Assembly (NCBI GenBank): GCA_965207065.1
Contig: OZ242260.1
Span: 320,001 to 384,000, forward strand
Length of the DNA: 64,000 nt
Origin: a bacterium
Lineage (GTDB): Bacteria > UBA8248
Direction: 5' to 3'
Position 1 is the stretch's first letter. The number at the start of each line of letters is the position of its first letter. Positions 20,880 to 31,303 of this stretch are shown here, piece by piece. A program made the position numbers and the translations under genes. The notes under the pieces are model-generated. The model was not told where the DNA came from and made no database searches. It saw nothing but the letters and a program-made list of their open reading frames with translations.

Positions 20880-21450
20880 TCGGGGATTTCAAACAGGCAA
20901 TCGCACCCGTCGGTATTAATATAGCTGCGCAAGAGACCGACCTTGCGCCATCTGTGGACTGTAATGCCCGACACCCCAAGTAGGTTCGTCGGTCTCGTCA
21001 CTTCGCAACAACCCGCGTTCGCGCAGCCGTTGATAACGCGACTTGAGAGCGTAGCGCTCTCGCACCACACTGACCAACTTCGGAATAAAGGCATGGCCGT
21101 GACCACTTCGGTATCTGCGCTGGTTGAGGATTCAGGCGACCTCGCCATCGGTGTGGTTCTTTCAACAGCCTTTTGATCTCGGCGACGACCTCCTCTCTGG
21201 TCTTGTAGACCTCGTACCAGAGTGGCTCCGATGTCCAGGTCAGCGTCGGATCGCGCCCCCGCGCACATGCACGCCTAGGTTCCGTGTCGACTTGGTTATT
21301 GTCACGTCCTCGTCAGTAGCCGCGCCATCCGCTTGCGCTCGCGGTACCGCGTCGCCGGATTGTTCCACAGGCGGGGGAAGTCGCTCGCCAGCGCGAGGAT
21401 TCGCTTGCGTTGCCCTTCGTCCAACCCCGGTCTCGGCTCGGCTACGCTGG
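20880..21450 (-). pseudogene. C-terminal relic of a large serine recombinase-family gene
   Basis: QRKRILALASDFPRLWNNPAT..RERKRMARLL, EDVTITK..VHVRGGA, LLGVSGITVHRWRKVGLL (HTH), in shifting frames. Confidence 0.55.
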
Positions 21451-21838
21451 AGTTCTCGCCAATCATAGCCAAAGACGAAATAATTAACGTTTCTATCTTG
21501 GAAGAACTTTTTGGTCTCGTCGTAGGGAATGTATATGTCACGCAATGGGCCATCGGCGACGATTACATGGTTATCACGATCACGACCGTTGTTCTCATTT
21601 CGCAACAAGGGCAATAGCCCAAAGAATAGTGTGAGATCAGTGAGCGATGGAACTTGGTTGCGTTGATAGGCTTCGGTTGAGCATTTCAGGTGCTACCCCA
21701 TCCCACCCGGCAGCAACACGATGGGTTAAGTCCTAAACTTGCTGGAAAATTAAGAGGGGGAGCACCAGGCGAACTGGTGACAGTGCAGCCGGTGAGAGTC
21801 CGGCAGGAGGGGTGCAGCGAGACTCACTGCGGTACTAG

Positions 21839-23439
21839 CAGCCTGTCGGACTTGGCCCTGCCAAGAGGGTTGAAGCGACGTCGTGGGAGCGATTCCCGGG
21901 GCTCACGATCATCGACTCGCCTTGACCGGCGATTCGGCGCCAGGAGTCATGATCGGCCCTCACCAGCCCGGTGGGAGTCGTAATGGCCGCCAACAGGCCG
22001 CGGGACGAGGCGTTTTATCGCCCGATCACGCCAGCGTCAGGTTGTGCAGGCGTTTGCAGTTGTAAGCCAACATCACCAGTACCCACTCGCCTTCCACCTT
22101 GTCGAGACCGCGCAGGAGGAACTGCCGGAAGCCCATCGCCTGCTTGACGATGCTGAACACCGGCTCCACCGTCTGCCGACGCAGGCGATAACGGGCGCGC
22201 TCTTCAGGCAGCGCCATCTTCGCGCGCATCGCCGCAATCCAGTCCGCCCGAACCGCCGGACCCTGCCGGGGCGCCACCGGTGGCCGGAAGTCGTGCCGAC
22301 GGCGTCGCCCTTCGGCTTGCGTGGACACCAGCACCTCGGCGCCCCGTTCCTCGAGTCGTTCCACCTCGCTGCCGCTCGCGTAGTCGCTGTCCGCCAGAAC
22401 CCGGGCCGGAGCGCCAATCCCGGGCGGGACCGCGTCCCCGTCCGCCACCAATTCCCGGCGGTCGCTCGCGTTGTTGCTCACCCGCGCACCCAACACCAAC
22501 TGGCTGCCCTCGGCATCCACCACCGCCTGCGCGTTGTACGCCTGACGGTACTCGTGCCGCTTGCTCTTGCGCATCAAGGCGCTGTCCCCATCCGTCAGGT
22601 TAATCTGCTGCCCCTCTTCGGGCTCCTCCCGCGGAGGCTTGGATGCACGGACCCTTGCCCCGGCCCGTACGACGCTCACGAGACGCCACCTTGCGAGCAT
22701 ATGCCGCCCGACCCGCCTCGGCCGCCGTTCCTGCCCGGCGCTCCAACTCCGCGCACGCCTCGTCCAGCCTCGACTTCAACTCTTCGCGACGCGCGAACTC
22801 CTCCGGCAGCGCCTGCGGGTCCGCCACCTTCTGCGCATCTTCGCTCTCCGCCCGTTCCAGCAACTCCTCGACCTCTCCGCGCAACTGCGCCCGCAACGCC
22901 TGCGCACGGCCATACCGGATGTTTTTGTGCTTGTTCGCGTTCGCGTCCACCTTCGTGCCGTCCACACTCACCGTCCCCACTCGCAACAGCTTCAACTCCT
23001 TCGCCAACAGCAGAACCTGCTCGAACGTCTCCGCTACCGCCTCGAAGTTATTCCGGCGGAACGCGGAGAGCGTGTCGTGGTCCGGGTGAGAGTTCGACGC
23101 CACGTACCGAACCCCGATATCACGGTACGTCGCGCGCTCGATCCGCCGCGAACCGAATATCCCGTTCGCATAGCAGTAAATCAGCAGCGCAAGCATCATC
23201 CGAGGATGGTACTGCGCCGAACCCATGCCGCGCTCGTTCACACGGAATGACCTCACCGGCACCCGTTCCACCGCCTCCACTACGAAGTGCGCCAGATCGT
23301 CCTCCGGCAGCCAATCCCGCATGTCCACAGGCAGCAGATACAACTGCGGCTGATCTCTTTCCACAAACTTCGCCACCGCAAGCCCCTCCATTGAAATATG
23401 GAGCAATTATAATTAACAGGGTCTAAGTCCGACAGACTG
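21839..23439 (-). mobile_element. IS1182-family insertion sequence
   Basis: Terminal IRs cagcctgtcggacttggccctg and cagggtctaagtccgacagactg; flanks ctag / gtag. Confidence 0.85.
22026..23406 (-). pseudogene. IS1182 transposase, frameshifted near 22650
   Basis: LLPVDMRDWLPEDDLAHF, YHPRMML..YANGIFGSRRIE, VDGTKVDANA; then NLTDGDSALM, YNAQAVVD, LADSDY, RRQTVEPVF..KQAMGFRQFLLRG. Confidence 0.88.
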
Positions 23440-24116
23440 GTAGTGCCTGTAGCTGGCACTCCTGCCATGAATCACGGATGTACTCGCAGTGTTGTCGGTT
23501 TCCCTGCTGTACACAATCGGGCCACGGGCAAATCTCTTTCCCCTCGGAATCTGCCCTGATAGGGGTGCACAGAACGTCTCCTTCTGGGCCTCCGAACATC
23601 CTTACCCAGTAAAAAACGTTGGGGTGATGATATAGGAAGACTTTGTGTTCCGTCAGCAGACCCATAATCCAATTTAGCCATTTGGGCACGGATTCCATGT
23701 AGTGTCAGAGGTTAACTCCGATTCCCAGAGGATTCTCCGCGTGGATTATCTTGTTAAGTTGGTCGTAAATAGTGATCAGCCTGTCTTCCGTTAGGACATC
23801 TCCCACCTTCTCCTTAGGCTCGGGGTAGTACCTGGCATGTATCCCTCTCAGGTCTCTCATGATCTTCTTGATGTTCCAGGCCTTCCGGAGTTCATCCCGA
23901 GATTTTCGCCAAGCGTCCTTGTTGGAAACCAGGGAGCTGAAAATAATCAGTTCCAAAACTATCCGGAGTTGAAGGCAAGCTGATTCCAACCGGGTCTGGT
24001 TAATAATTCCGCACATCTCCATGAGCCGTTGGATGGCGTCCACCTTGAGCTTTATCTCCTCCATGAGGTCGGAGTACTGGTTGATGTCGAGTTCCTCGGC
24101 CTGTTTTATTTGCCAT
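23423..24116 (-). pseudogene. Hypothetical (possibly HEPN-like) gene split by an in-frame TGA at 23705-23707
   Basis: ORFs 23705..24064 and 23423..23698 are in frame (NL*HYMES); ESACLQLRIVLELI..YDQLNKIIHAENP. Confidence 0.5.
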
Positions 24117-24166
24117 CCGCAGCCTGTGCAGACTATCTCCCATCCCCATCCGACTGGGTCGGTTCC

Positions 24167-24684
24167 CTAGAGTTGGAGCATGTCGTCTCCGCACTCGGGA
24201 CAGATCTGGTACACATTTCCATCTATTCCCTTGACCGGTTCGTTCGATCCGAAGCCCAAGCTCATGCAAACGTCGCTGAACTTAGGCATCTCCCCGCACT
24301 CAGGGCACGGCTTGGTGGGCATAATGCCGTATGTCAGGTACTGGAGGGCAGCTTCTTGATGGCCAAATGGGCATTCCCCCCGGGGCTCTACCTGTCTGGT
24401 TTCCATGAAGATCTCTGATGCCTCCTCACAGGTTCGTACCCCCAGGCATCGGCCAATTTTCTCGACGCTCTCCTCGGTCAGCCGGTACTTTCTCTCAACG
24501 CCAGCTTTCTCCCATTCACCCAGCTTGATCACGTCCCCTGCTCGGTGCCTCTCGGTGTACCTGTTTGCCAGGTACCAGCAGAATCGCCAGTAGGCTTCGG
24601 GGTCTTCTGTCTGCAGAAGTTGCTCCAGGGGATCTACTCTCGGAACTCTCACCCTCTTTCTGAACTTTTTTTCTGCTTGGCCAT
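24167..24684 (-). CDS. Hypothetical protein with two CxxC pairs (probably frameshifted at the N-terminus)
   Basis: CPECG..CPECG; start uncertain. Confidence 0.4.
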
Positions 24685-24824
24685 TTCTCGCCTCTTTTTT
24701 CCTGCTCCTCGTCCCTGAATGTTCCAAAAACACTGATTGACGCCAAGTCAGCTTCTATATGAAACGGACTCACATCGTTGGATGCTTTCCCAAGCGGACC
24801 CCGTCTCGAATCGGGCCACGCTGG

Positions 24825-25241
24825 TCAGGACTTCCCTTCGAAGAGACTGAGGTCTTCGGTTGCGGCCATGCGCCGGCGGCTATCGCGATTGGGCTTGGCG
24901 ATGCAGGTCAGTGATTTGCCTGACCCCGTCCTAGAAGTGACGACGAAGTCGGCGCCACCCACGCCCAGTTCAATTGCCTTGCGTTGATGGCGATACAGGG
25001 AGTACCCGTCAAAGATGTGCCGGGTGTCATCATGCAGCAATCCTGCGGTGATTACCTCTTCGACGGTGCCGGCCTGTTCGTAGGCGGGATTGAACTGCAG
25101 CAAAGGCTGTGGCCAGAGGCGCCCCTCGGAGAGCGAGTCTTTGACCGTCCGCTCGATCTCTGGGTCGGAGATGTTGATAAAGCAGCGAATATACTCCGCA
25201 TAGTCACCAACGATCTGCCTGTGCGTGTCGAAGACATTCAT
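24825..25241 (-). pseudogene. N-terminal fragment of a large DEAD/DEAH helicase (defence-island type)
   Basis: MNVFDTHRQIVGDYAEYIRCFINISD..LWPQPLLQFNPAY..LYRHQRKAI..TSRTGSGKSLT; ends just after Walker A. Confidence 0.8.
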
Positions 25242-25321
25242 AGCTCAACCTTTTGGGACCGGCGCCATTGTACCTGCCGGGCCATACCAGATCGGTCCTG
25301 CCCGATCTCGATTTTCGTCAC

Positions 25322-26740
25322 TTATTTTGATTCCTGGGTTTGCCTCAGGAATTCGCGCCCCTCAGGTGTCAGGCGATAGCGCTGGTTCCTGCTGCGTGGT
25401 TTGTCCGGGATAGTCATCTCGATCAGCCCTGCCTGTAGGGCGGGAGATAGATACGCCTTGCGAAAGTGCTCGTCGTTCTTCAACCCAAGCGCGTTCCGGA
25501 GGCCTTGCCTGGTCATTTCTCCCGAAATTGCTTGTAGTAGCCGAACTTCCGTGGTGACTTCCGTGGTGACTTCCGTGGTGACTTGTTCCACCGAACGCAC
25601 AACCGCCCTTTCCCGCACCTCTGGGCTGGGCCAAAAGGTGGCGGTGAAGAAGCCGTTGACCTCGAATTCAGGCTCGGGGCAGCCCTGCGCGCGAGTCTCG
25701 TTTCGGATGCGCCGGATACCGGTACCCGCCTTCTCTATGAAGTCGATACGGTGGAGCAGGTCGGCGATCAACGCGTTGCGTCGAACACTCTTGCTCCCCA
25801 GATCGGAGAGCGACAACCCCCGGGGCAGGTTACCCGGGCTCACAACTTCGATGCGGTCGGCGTAGATCTCGACAAAGACGTTGGCCCCGTCAACAAACCA
25901 ATCGCGGTGCATGACGGCATTCGTGATCGCCTCTCGCAGGGCGTTGGTCGGATACTCTGGGACATTCTCACGCTTGAGTCCTTCTATACGGTAGGCGGTG
26001 CGAGTATTCCGCTCAACGAAGCGCAGGGCGTCTTCGATGTCGGCCACGATTCCGCCGTTGAAATCTTTACGATCCAGAATGTGCACCTTGTCAGTGTCCC
26101 TGGCCAGCAGGCAGGTGATGTAGGCCTGCGGAAAGAAGCGGCGCACATTCTTGGCAAAGAAGAGCACTCCCGCGTTCCTGAAGAGCAATGTGCCATCCAC
26201 TCTTTCGGCCGCCTCGATGTTGACCAGCACATCCTCGACCCGGGGCCGACCGGTTATCCCGGAAAGACTGAGCCAATTGTCGAAGTTTTCGCGGTCAAAG
26301 TCCTCCGGATAGGTGAACCGAGGGCAGGGTGTTAGATCAAATCGGACAGCACCTTCGAACCGGAACAAATCGCGGATTTCGTCGCGACTCAGTTTCTGGG
26401 TCACCGCACCTTGACGCCAGAAAAAGCCGTCGCTGCACTGCACTGGCTTGGTAACGCTTTCACTTACATGGACCGCGAACACTCTGCCAACCAGCTCCGC
26501 TCGCACCAGTACCGGCGGATCGCAATTGCGGGCGATGTCCTGGATGCGGGCACGTAAAGCGTTGGAGTCTTTCACGCCGACCACCGTGCCGTTATCACGC
26601 ACACCCAGGAGAATCTTCCCGCCGATAGTGTTGGCAAGCGCCACAAGCTCCCGTGCGAACGACGACGAGAGACTTTCCTTGAATTCAAGTGTCGTACCTT
26701 CCCCCTCCTGGATGAGGATTTCGAGATCATCGAGTGTCAT
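25322..26740 (-). CDS. AlbA_2/Schlafen-like DNA-binding domain + HATPase_c_4 (RecG-C-like) + C-terminal HTH protein
   Basis: EGTTLEFKE..ALANTIGGKILLGVRD; ALREAITNAVMHRD; SVRRNALIA..IEKAGTGI; TIPDKPRSRNQRYRLT. Confidence 0.88.
   Translation of the reverse strand: MTLDDLEILIQEGEGTTLEFKESLSSSFARELVALANTIGGKILLGVRDNGTVVGVKDSNALRARIQDIARNCDPPVLVRAELVGRVFAVHVSESVTKPVQCSDGFFWRQGAVTQKLSRDEIRDLFRFEGAVRFDLTPCPRFTYPEDFDRENFDNWLSLSGITGRPRVEDVLVNIEAAERVDGTLLFRNAGVLFFAKNVRRFFPQAYITCLLARDTDKVHILDRKDFNGGIVADIEDALRFVERNTRTAYRIEGLKRENVPEYPTNALREAITNAVMHRDWFVDGANVFVEIYADRIEVVSPGNLPRGLSLSDLGSKSVRRNALIADLLHRIDFIEKAGTGIRRIRNETRAQGCPEPEFEVNGFFTATFWPSPEVRERAVVRSVEQVTTEVTTEVTTEVRLLQAISGEMTRQGLRNALGLKNDEHFRKAYLSPALQAGLIEMTIPDKPRSRNQRYRLTPEGREFLRQTQESK
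25546..25584. repeat. 12-bp tandem repeat (gtggtgacttcc, ~3 copies) encoding a VTTE linker
   Basis: Seen directly: VTTEVTTEVTTEV. Confidence 0.85.
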
Positions 26741-27003
26741 GCAAACACCTCGGATATTATGATGACCTCATGGCTCCCGCAGAGCATCTCCTCAATTGTC
26801 AGGTCAGAGATTCCATCCGAAGTGAGCTTGCCCCGGCGGATCTGCCCCGACCGCTTGTCCACGGGGCCTGACCCACAGATGTCGGGACCGTTGGAACTAT
26901 CGGTCTCCACCTGCATCGGTTCGCTGAACAGGGGTCCGGTCAGGAGCTGTCTTTCGTGGATCGGCACGTCAGCACTCAACAAGGCACTCCTGTTCTCAGT
27001 CAT
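26737..27003 (-). pseudogene. Probable N-terminal fragment of an SNF2-type helicase gene
   Basis: QLLTGPLFSEPMQVET resembles N-termini of defence-island helicases; truncated. Confidence 0.45.
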
Positions 27004-27023
27004 TCACGAATTTAGGTCTATTC

Positions 27024-27242
27024 TCAGCCAAGCTTCCCATGTCTCTGTCGATGAGCGAGATGCCGAAACACTCTCGCCCCGACCTTCACCCACTCGTCCA
27101 CTTTGGAGAGCCTAAAGTGCAGCAACCGGCCCACCAGGTGAGATGGAAAGCCTTTCGCATCGACCCAACGATAGATGGATTCCTTGGCCACTTGCAAATG
27201 GGCTGCGACCTCCCCGATACCGACCCAGCCTTCTTCAGCCAT
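27024..27242 (-). CDS. Excisionase-like HTH_17 DNA-binding protein
   Basis: MAEEGWVGIGEVAAHLQVAKESIYRWV..LVGRLLHFRLSKVDEWVK. Confidence 0.8.
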   Translation of the reverse strand: MAEEGWVGIGEVAAHLQVAKESIYRWVDAKGFPSHLVGRLLHFRLSKVDEWVKVGARVFRHLAHRQRHGKLG

Positions 27243-27489
27243 TGTCGACGGACTCCTATCTAAGCAAGACAATGAAAGGCCATTAGAATATATAAGAATT
27301 GTTTCCTTGGTCAAAATAAGATTCTGCCTTGACTGGGATGGGCAGGCAAGGAACAGCGCGCTCTTGGTGATGGGCGGGGTTGGGGGTAATGCGGTGCCGT
27401 CATGCGGTCCGGCGGCAGGTGAGTTCGAGACATGTATATCGATTAGCAAGCTTGCCAATCCCGATTTCACAATTCTCTGGTCGCAGGCG

Positions 27490-27740
27490 GCGGGTCTTCC
27501 GGGAGGATACGCGGACCCCGAAGCGCGCCTGGACGCCGAGGTGGCTTACGGCCTCGACGTCCCGCGCGCCCTGCTGACGCCCTACGCGGGGGTCTCGCTC
27601 GCGGAGAGCGGCGAGGTCTGGCGCGCGCTGGAAGCTCGGCCCCGTATACGAGGTGAACCTCGAGGTGAGCCTCACTGAGGCCGCGAACGATGAGCGGCCG
27701 GGGGGCGGCGTCCTCCTGCGCGGCTCGAGGAGGTGGTGAC
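27490..27740 (+). pseudogene. Orphan 3' remnant of an autotransporter-like beta-barrel gene
   Basis: ARLDAEVAYGLDV..LLTPYAGVSLAESG, then frameshifted strands. Confidence 0.55.
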
Positions 27741-28248
27741 CGGCGCCGGTCGGTGGAGGGCGCGGTTCTTCCGTAGGGGCGCTTCCACGGCCCCGGCCAC
27801 GAGGAGGCATGGGGCGTGTTCGACACCGGGGCCTTCGTCGGGGCGTTCGGCGCCAGGCACCAATGAAGGACGCGCGGGCTGTTTCACGAGCCGGTGGAGG
27901 CCTTCCGCCCGTTTTCAGACAATTGGCAGTTTCCAGCGGGCGTGAAATCTTTGTAGTCTGTTGAAACTGTTGTGGATAGTTTTGTTTTCTGGAAGTTTTG
28001 TTGGGGATTCGCTTCCTGTAATGCGTAATCAAGATGGAAGCGGATGAATTCAAACTCCTGCGCATCTCGATACGTCCATGTCGGGCCGATGTGAGAGATC
28101 CTTACCGAGCCCCTCCTACCCGGTCGTTACGCCCACTTTGCCGACGGACATCTTGCCGAGGCAGCGGAAAAAATTGTAACTATCATTTTGCAGGAGGTGG
28201 AGCGTCCTCACCGCACCGATACAGGCAAAGTTTCAAACTCCTCGTAGG

Positions 28249-28932
28249 TTAAGGTCTCTGCAACTTGCAATGGAGCTTTTTTGTTGCATTATTACTAACG
28301 GAAAATACTAGGTTGCAATTTACCCACCCTTTCTTTCGTAGTAGTAAGGAAAGTTCTTTCTTATAATCGCCATAGGATACGGTGTACGAAGATATCGGAG
28401 TTGATAAACGGGTATCGGTTCCATCCAATTCAATCTTTGCACCCCTCGGGTCCGAGTCGACCGAAATTGACATGCTGTGCAAGGGTCGTGACAGCCATAT
28501 TTTCCCAATAGTAGGGCAAAATTCCGATGGCTTCCGCTTCATAAACTGCACGTCTGGCAAATGAACATAATGAACCCTCTCCGCTTTATCCCACGAAGTA
28601 CGAGGTGTTGGCCAATGGGTCCGCCAGTTGTATCGACAGTTTGTGGCCAACACCGTAGAGAAGGAAATTTCCATTCCTTGATTAGTTTTCTTCAATTCGA
28701 TACGAACTTTGTGTTCATGTAAAGTATTAATATAGAAACTATTGATTCCGCTCTCAATTCCGATAAGGTCACCGACATACCCAATCAGAACCCCATCTGC
28801 TGATCTGTACACTCTTCGTCCGTCAAATTGTGTATTTTCTGTCTTGGGGATAAACCGAATAGTATCTGCCGCCATAACATTTCCATAGAGGGATGGAGCA
28901 ATGAGTAGTGCGGCAATGCAAATGAATCTCAT
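28249..28932 (-). CDS. Secreted protein with PEGA-like domain
   Basis: Signal peptide; ISVDSDPRGAKIELDG..STP..LLLRKKGW; low GC. Confidence 0.65.
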   Translation of the reverse strand: MRFICIAALLIAPSLYGNVMAADTIRFIPKTENTQFDGRRVYRSADGVLIGYVGDLIGIESGINSFYINTLHEHKVRIELKKTNQGMEISFSTVLATNCRYNWRTHWPTPRTSWDKAERVHYVHLPDVQFMKRKPSEFCPTIGKIWLSRPLHSMSISVDSDPRGAKIELDGTDTRLSTPISSYTVSYGDYKKELSLLLRKKGWVNCNLVFSVSNNATKKLHCKLQRP

Positions 28933-29449
28933 TTTCTTTCCCCTTCAATATCCTTCGTTGCCCTATTTGCCATGAGCCGAGTCAACAAGACAACGCACAA
29001 TCCAAAGCAGAACGTGGAAATCAATACTGTCGCATACTGATACCCAAATGTCTTAATGACACCGGTATGTTCGAGTGGGAGCTGACTGACAGCCAACATT
29101 CTCGCGGTTTTTTCGAACCCGATGAGACCAAAATATAGCGAAAGAGCTGAGAATAAAACGATTGAGAAGAGACCATATAGGAGAGATCTGTAGGTAGGGA
29201 TACGTTGTTCGATGATTACGCGTACCAAGAAAGCGGTGGCACCAATGACACTAACAGCCCAAGCGATCATCAAATGCGATAAGTCTAAAGTAATGTCAAT
29301 TGATTTTTCTTGTGCAGGAATAAGATACCCGTTAGGCAGTGTTCGGGCTATAGTTGGGCCTTGTTGAGACAACTCATGGCAAGCAACAAAGATCAAAGCA
29401 GCAATGACTAACGCGCCCATAACAATTTGGTCTATATACTTGCTCATCA
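28929..29449 (-). CDS. Four-TM hypothetical membrane protein
   Basis: Hydrophobic helices; ATGA overlap with the PEGA gene; low GC. Confidence 0.6.
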
Positions 29450-29806
29450 TGGAGAGGTCCTCCCAGCTTGAACAGGTCGATGACACCCGGTCGATTTGAT
29501 TCGAACGAGCCTTCGCCCCATCTTATTAAAAATTGAAAACTCCGGGTTTAGCATCTGGGGCTCTCGTGGCGCTATGGTTTTTCTCACTCGCACAAGAGTT
29601 TGTGCTCTCCAGGACGAAGCAAGAAGATGCTACTGGGAAACCTAGACACCTCCCTTGGAACACGTGAAAGAACGTCCAGGTGGGAGTGGCGGGAAACCAG
29701 GCGACGGGCCAAGCGGTCATCCGGGTGGGCCAGGATCTGGCGGTGGCCGCTCTGGAGCAGATGGCGCCGGGCATCGGGGCGGAAGATAACTTCATAAATC
29801 CTAGCC

Positions 29807-30142
29807 CTATTTGTCATGTTCGCGTTGCTCCGATAGCCCTGATTCACTTGAACCTTCCACTGTAAGCTCAGCCTTGAGTCGTACGGGTGGGACATGTTTT
29901 GTTTGCGTAACAATCCTACTTCCGTCCGGCTGTTCTTTATAAGAAGTTGTATCATCGATGTAAGTTTCTTCAGGTTCGCGCCACCAAAACATAAGAAAAA
30001 TAGCTACACCAGCGGCAATCCCAGCAACAATAAACCAAAGCAAAGCTGATTGATCGGGAAACATTACTTCAACCCCGAAGCCAACCGACAGCACAACGAC
30101 TTCGCAAGATACAAGTATGGCGCACTTCCGAAATCTGTCCAT
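29807..30142 (-). CDS. Two-TM hypothetical protein
   Basis: Two hydrophobic helices and a polar tail. Confidence 0.5.
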   Translation of the reverse strand: MDRFRKCAILVSCEVVVLSVGFGVEVMFPDQSALLWFIVAGIAAGVAIFLMFWWREPEETYIDDTTSYKEQPDGSRIVTQTKHVPPVRLKAELTVEGSSESGLSEQREHDK

Positions 30143-30247
30143 GCGCCAACACTACATCTTGCGCATGAGTTATCCAAGCGCATAATCACGACTTAATTCC
30201 CCCTCCCGTCAAGTTTGAGATATAATTCCCAAGGGAAAAGGCATATT

Positions 30248-30580
30248 TCAACTCGCCGAATCTGCCTGATCCCGTAGCTCCTTCGCCAATTTGCTCGGCA
30301 ATTCCGGCGCGACTTTGGAGATATTCCTGCTCATTTGCTTGATTTCTTCCTCTCGTCCGGCCTTCTCCATGTCGCGTATGATGGCCTGCGCGGTGAACAT
30401 GGCGGAGCGAAGCAGGTGAATTTCCGCCTCCGTCCGGGGCCATTTCCGACGCTCCAGGCCCTCCACTGTAAGTTAGACCACCAGTCGGTTCGCCGAAATT
30501 CCCCGTTCGCGCGCTTCTTTTTCGACGCGTTTCCACTCTTTGGACGTGAAACGGATGTTCTTTTGTATCGTCTGCGCCAT
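30248..30580 (-). pseudogene. Ribbon-helix-helix (CopG/MobC-like) protein with an in-frame stop
   Basis: MAQTIQKNIRFTSKEWKRVEKEARERGISANRLVV*LTVEGLERRKWPRTEAE; GGAG RBS. Confidence 0.6.
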
Positions 30581-31303
30581 TCGTTTCGCCACTCCTTTTC
30601 GTGAAGATTTTCATTGATTCCGGTCCCGAAACGCTCGGAAATTCCGGTTTTCCTTCGCCGAATACACTCGCCGCAAACCAGGAAAGACTCGAATCGATGC
30701 CGGAAATCTCAATACCAAATCGGTATCTATCATGCCGCAGCGCGTGTCTGAGTACTACCAATTTGGTATCCTTTGGGGAATCCCCGAATTACGCCGTATT
30801 TCAAATAGCATACGGAATTTATAAGTGTAGGGATTTCAAAGGGTTCAAGTGCTACCAGATTGGTATTACTTTTTTCGGCATGTTGGAGGCGGTATTCGGC
30901 GCCGTTTGAGCAAGGGACTGCATGCCGGGGGCGCACATGGCCTGTACTTGCACCGAGGTGCGTCTGGTGTGCTGAAAGAAGCGCCGAAGGGCGGCAAGCG
31001 CAGGGATCTTCGGGGATGCGAGTCGGGGGAATTTTTGCCGGCGAGATTGGCGAGCGGGAGCCGTCGCGGCGATTGAGCGGGAAGAAGCGAGAGACAAGAG
31101 AGTGTGAGGGCGCTGGAACTTGTACTTCCCATCACAAGCGAGAGGCGTACGGAGACGCGGGTCTTGCGCATCGAATCACAAGCGGCGGGCGAGCAGGACG
31201 CATTAGCTTGTGTTTTTTTCACAAGCAGACGGACGACACGGGAGGTGAAGGGCCGCGCCGCCATGTTGACGGGAATGGCGACGCGACCCGTTGAGCGTTC
31301 GCG

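Noticed and set aside
29584-29800. RelE/ParE-like toxin (YEVIFRPDARRHL)
   Set aside because: Only the first strand resembles the family; the rest does not, and no antitoxin is adjacent.
12600-30200. Integron cassette array explaining the AT-rich genes
   Set aside because: No convincing RYYYAAC...GTTRRRY palindromic attC sites, mixed gene orientation, and no IntI.
30990-31012. MOBP-like nic site (atccctgc on the minus strand)
   Set aside because: Too short and imperfect to call; mentioned only as context for the palindrome finding.
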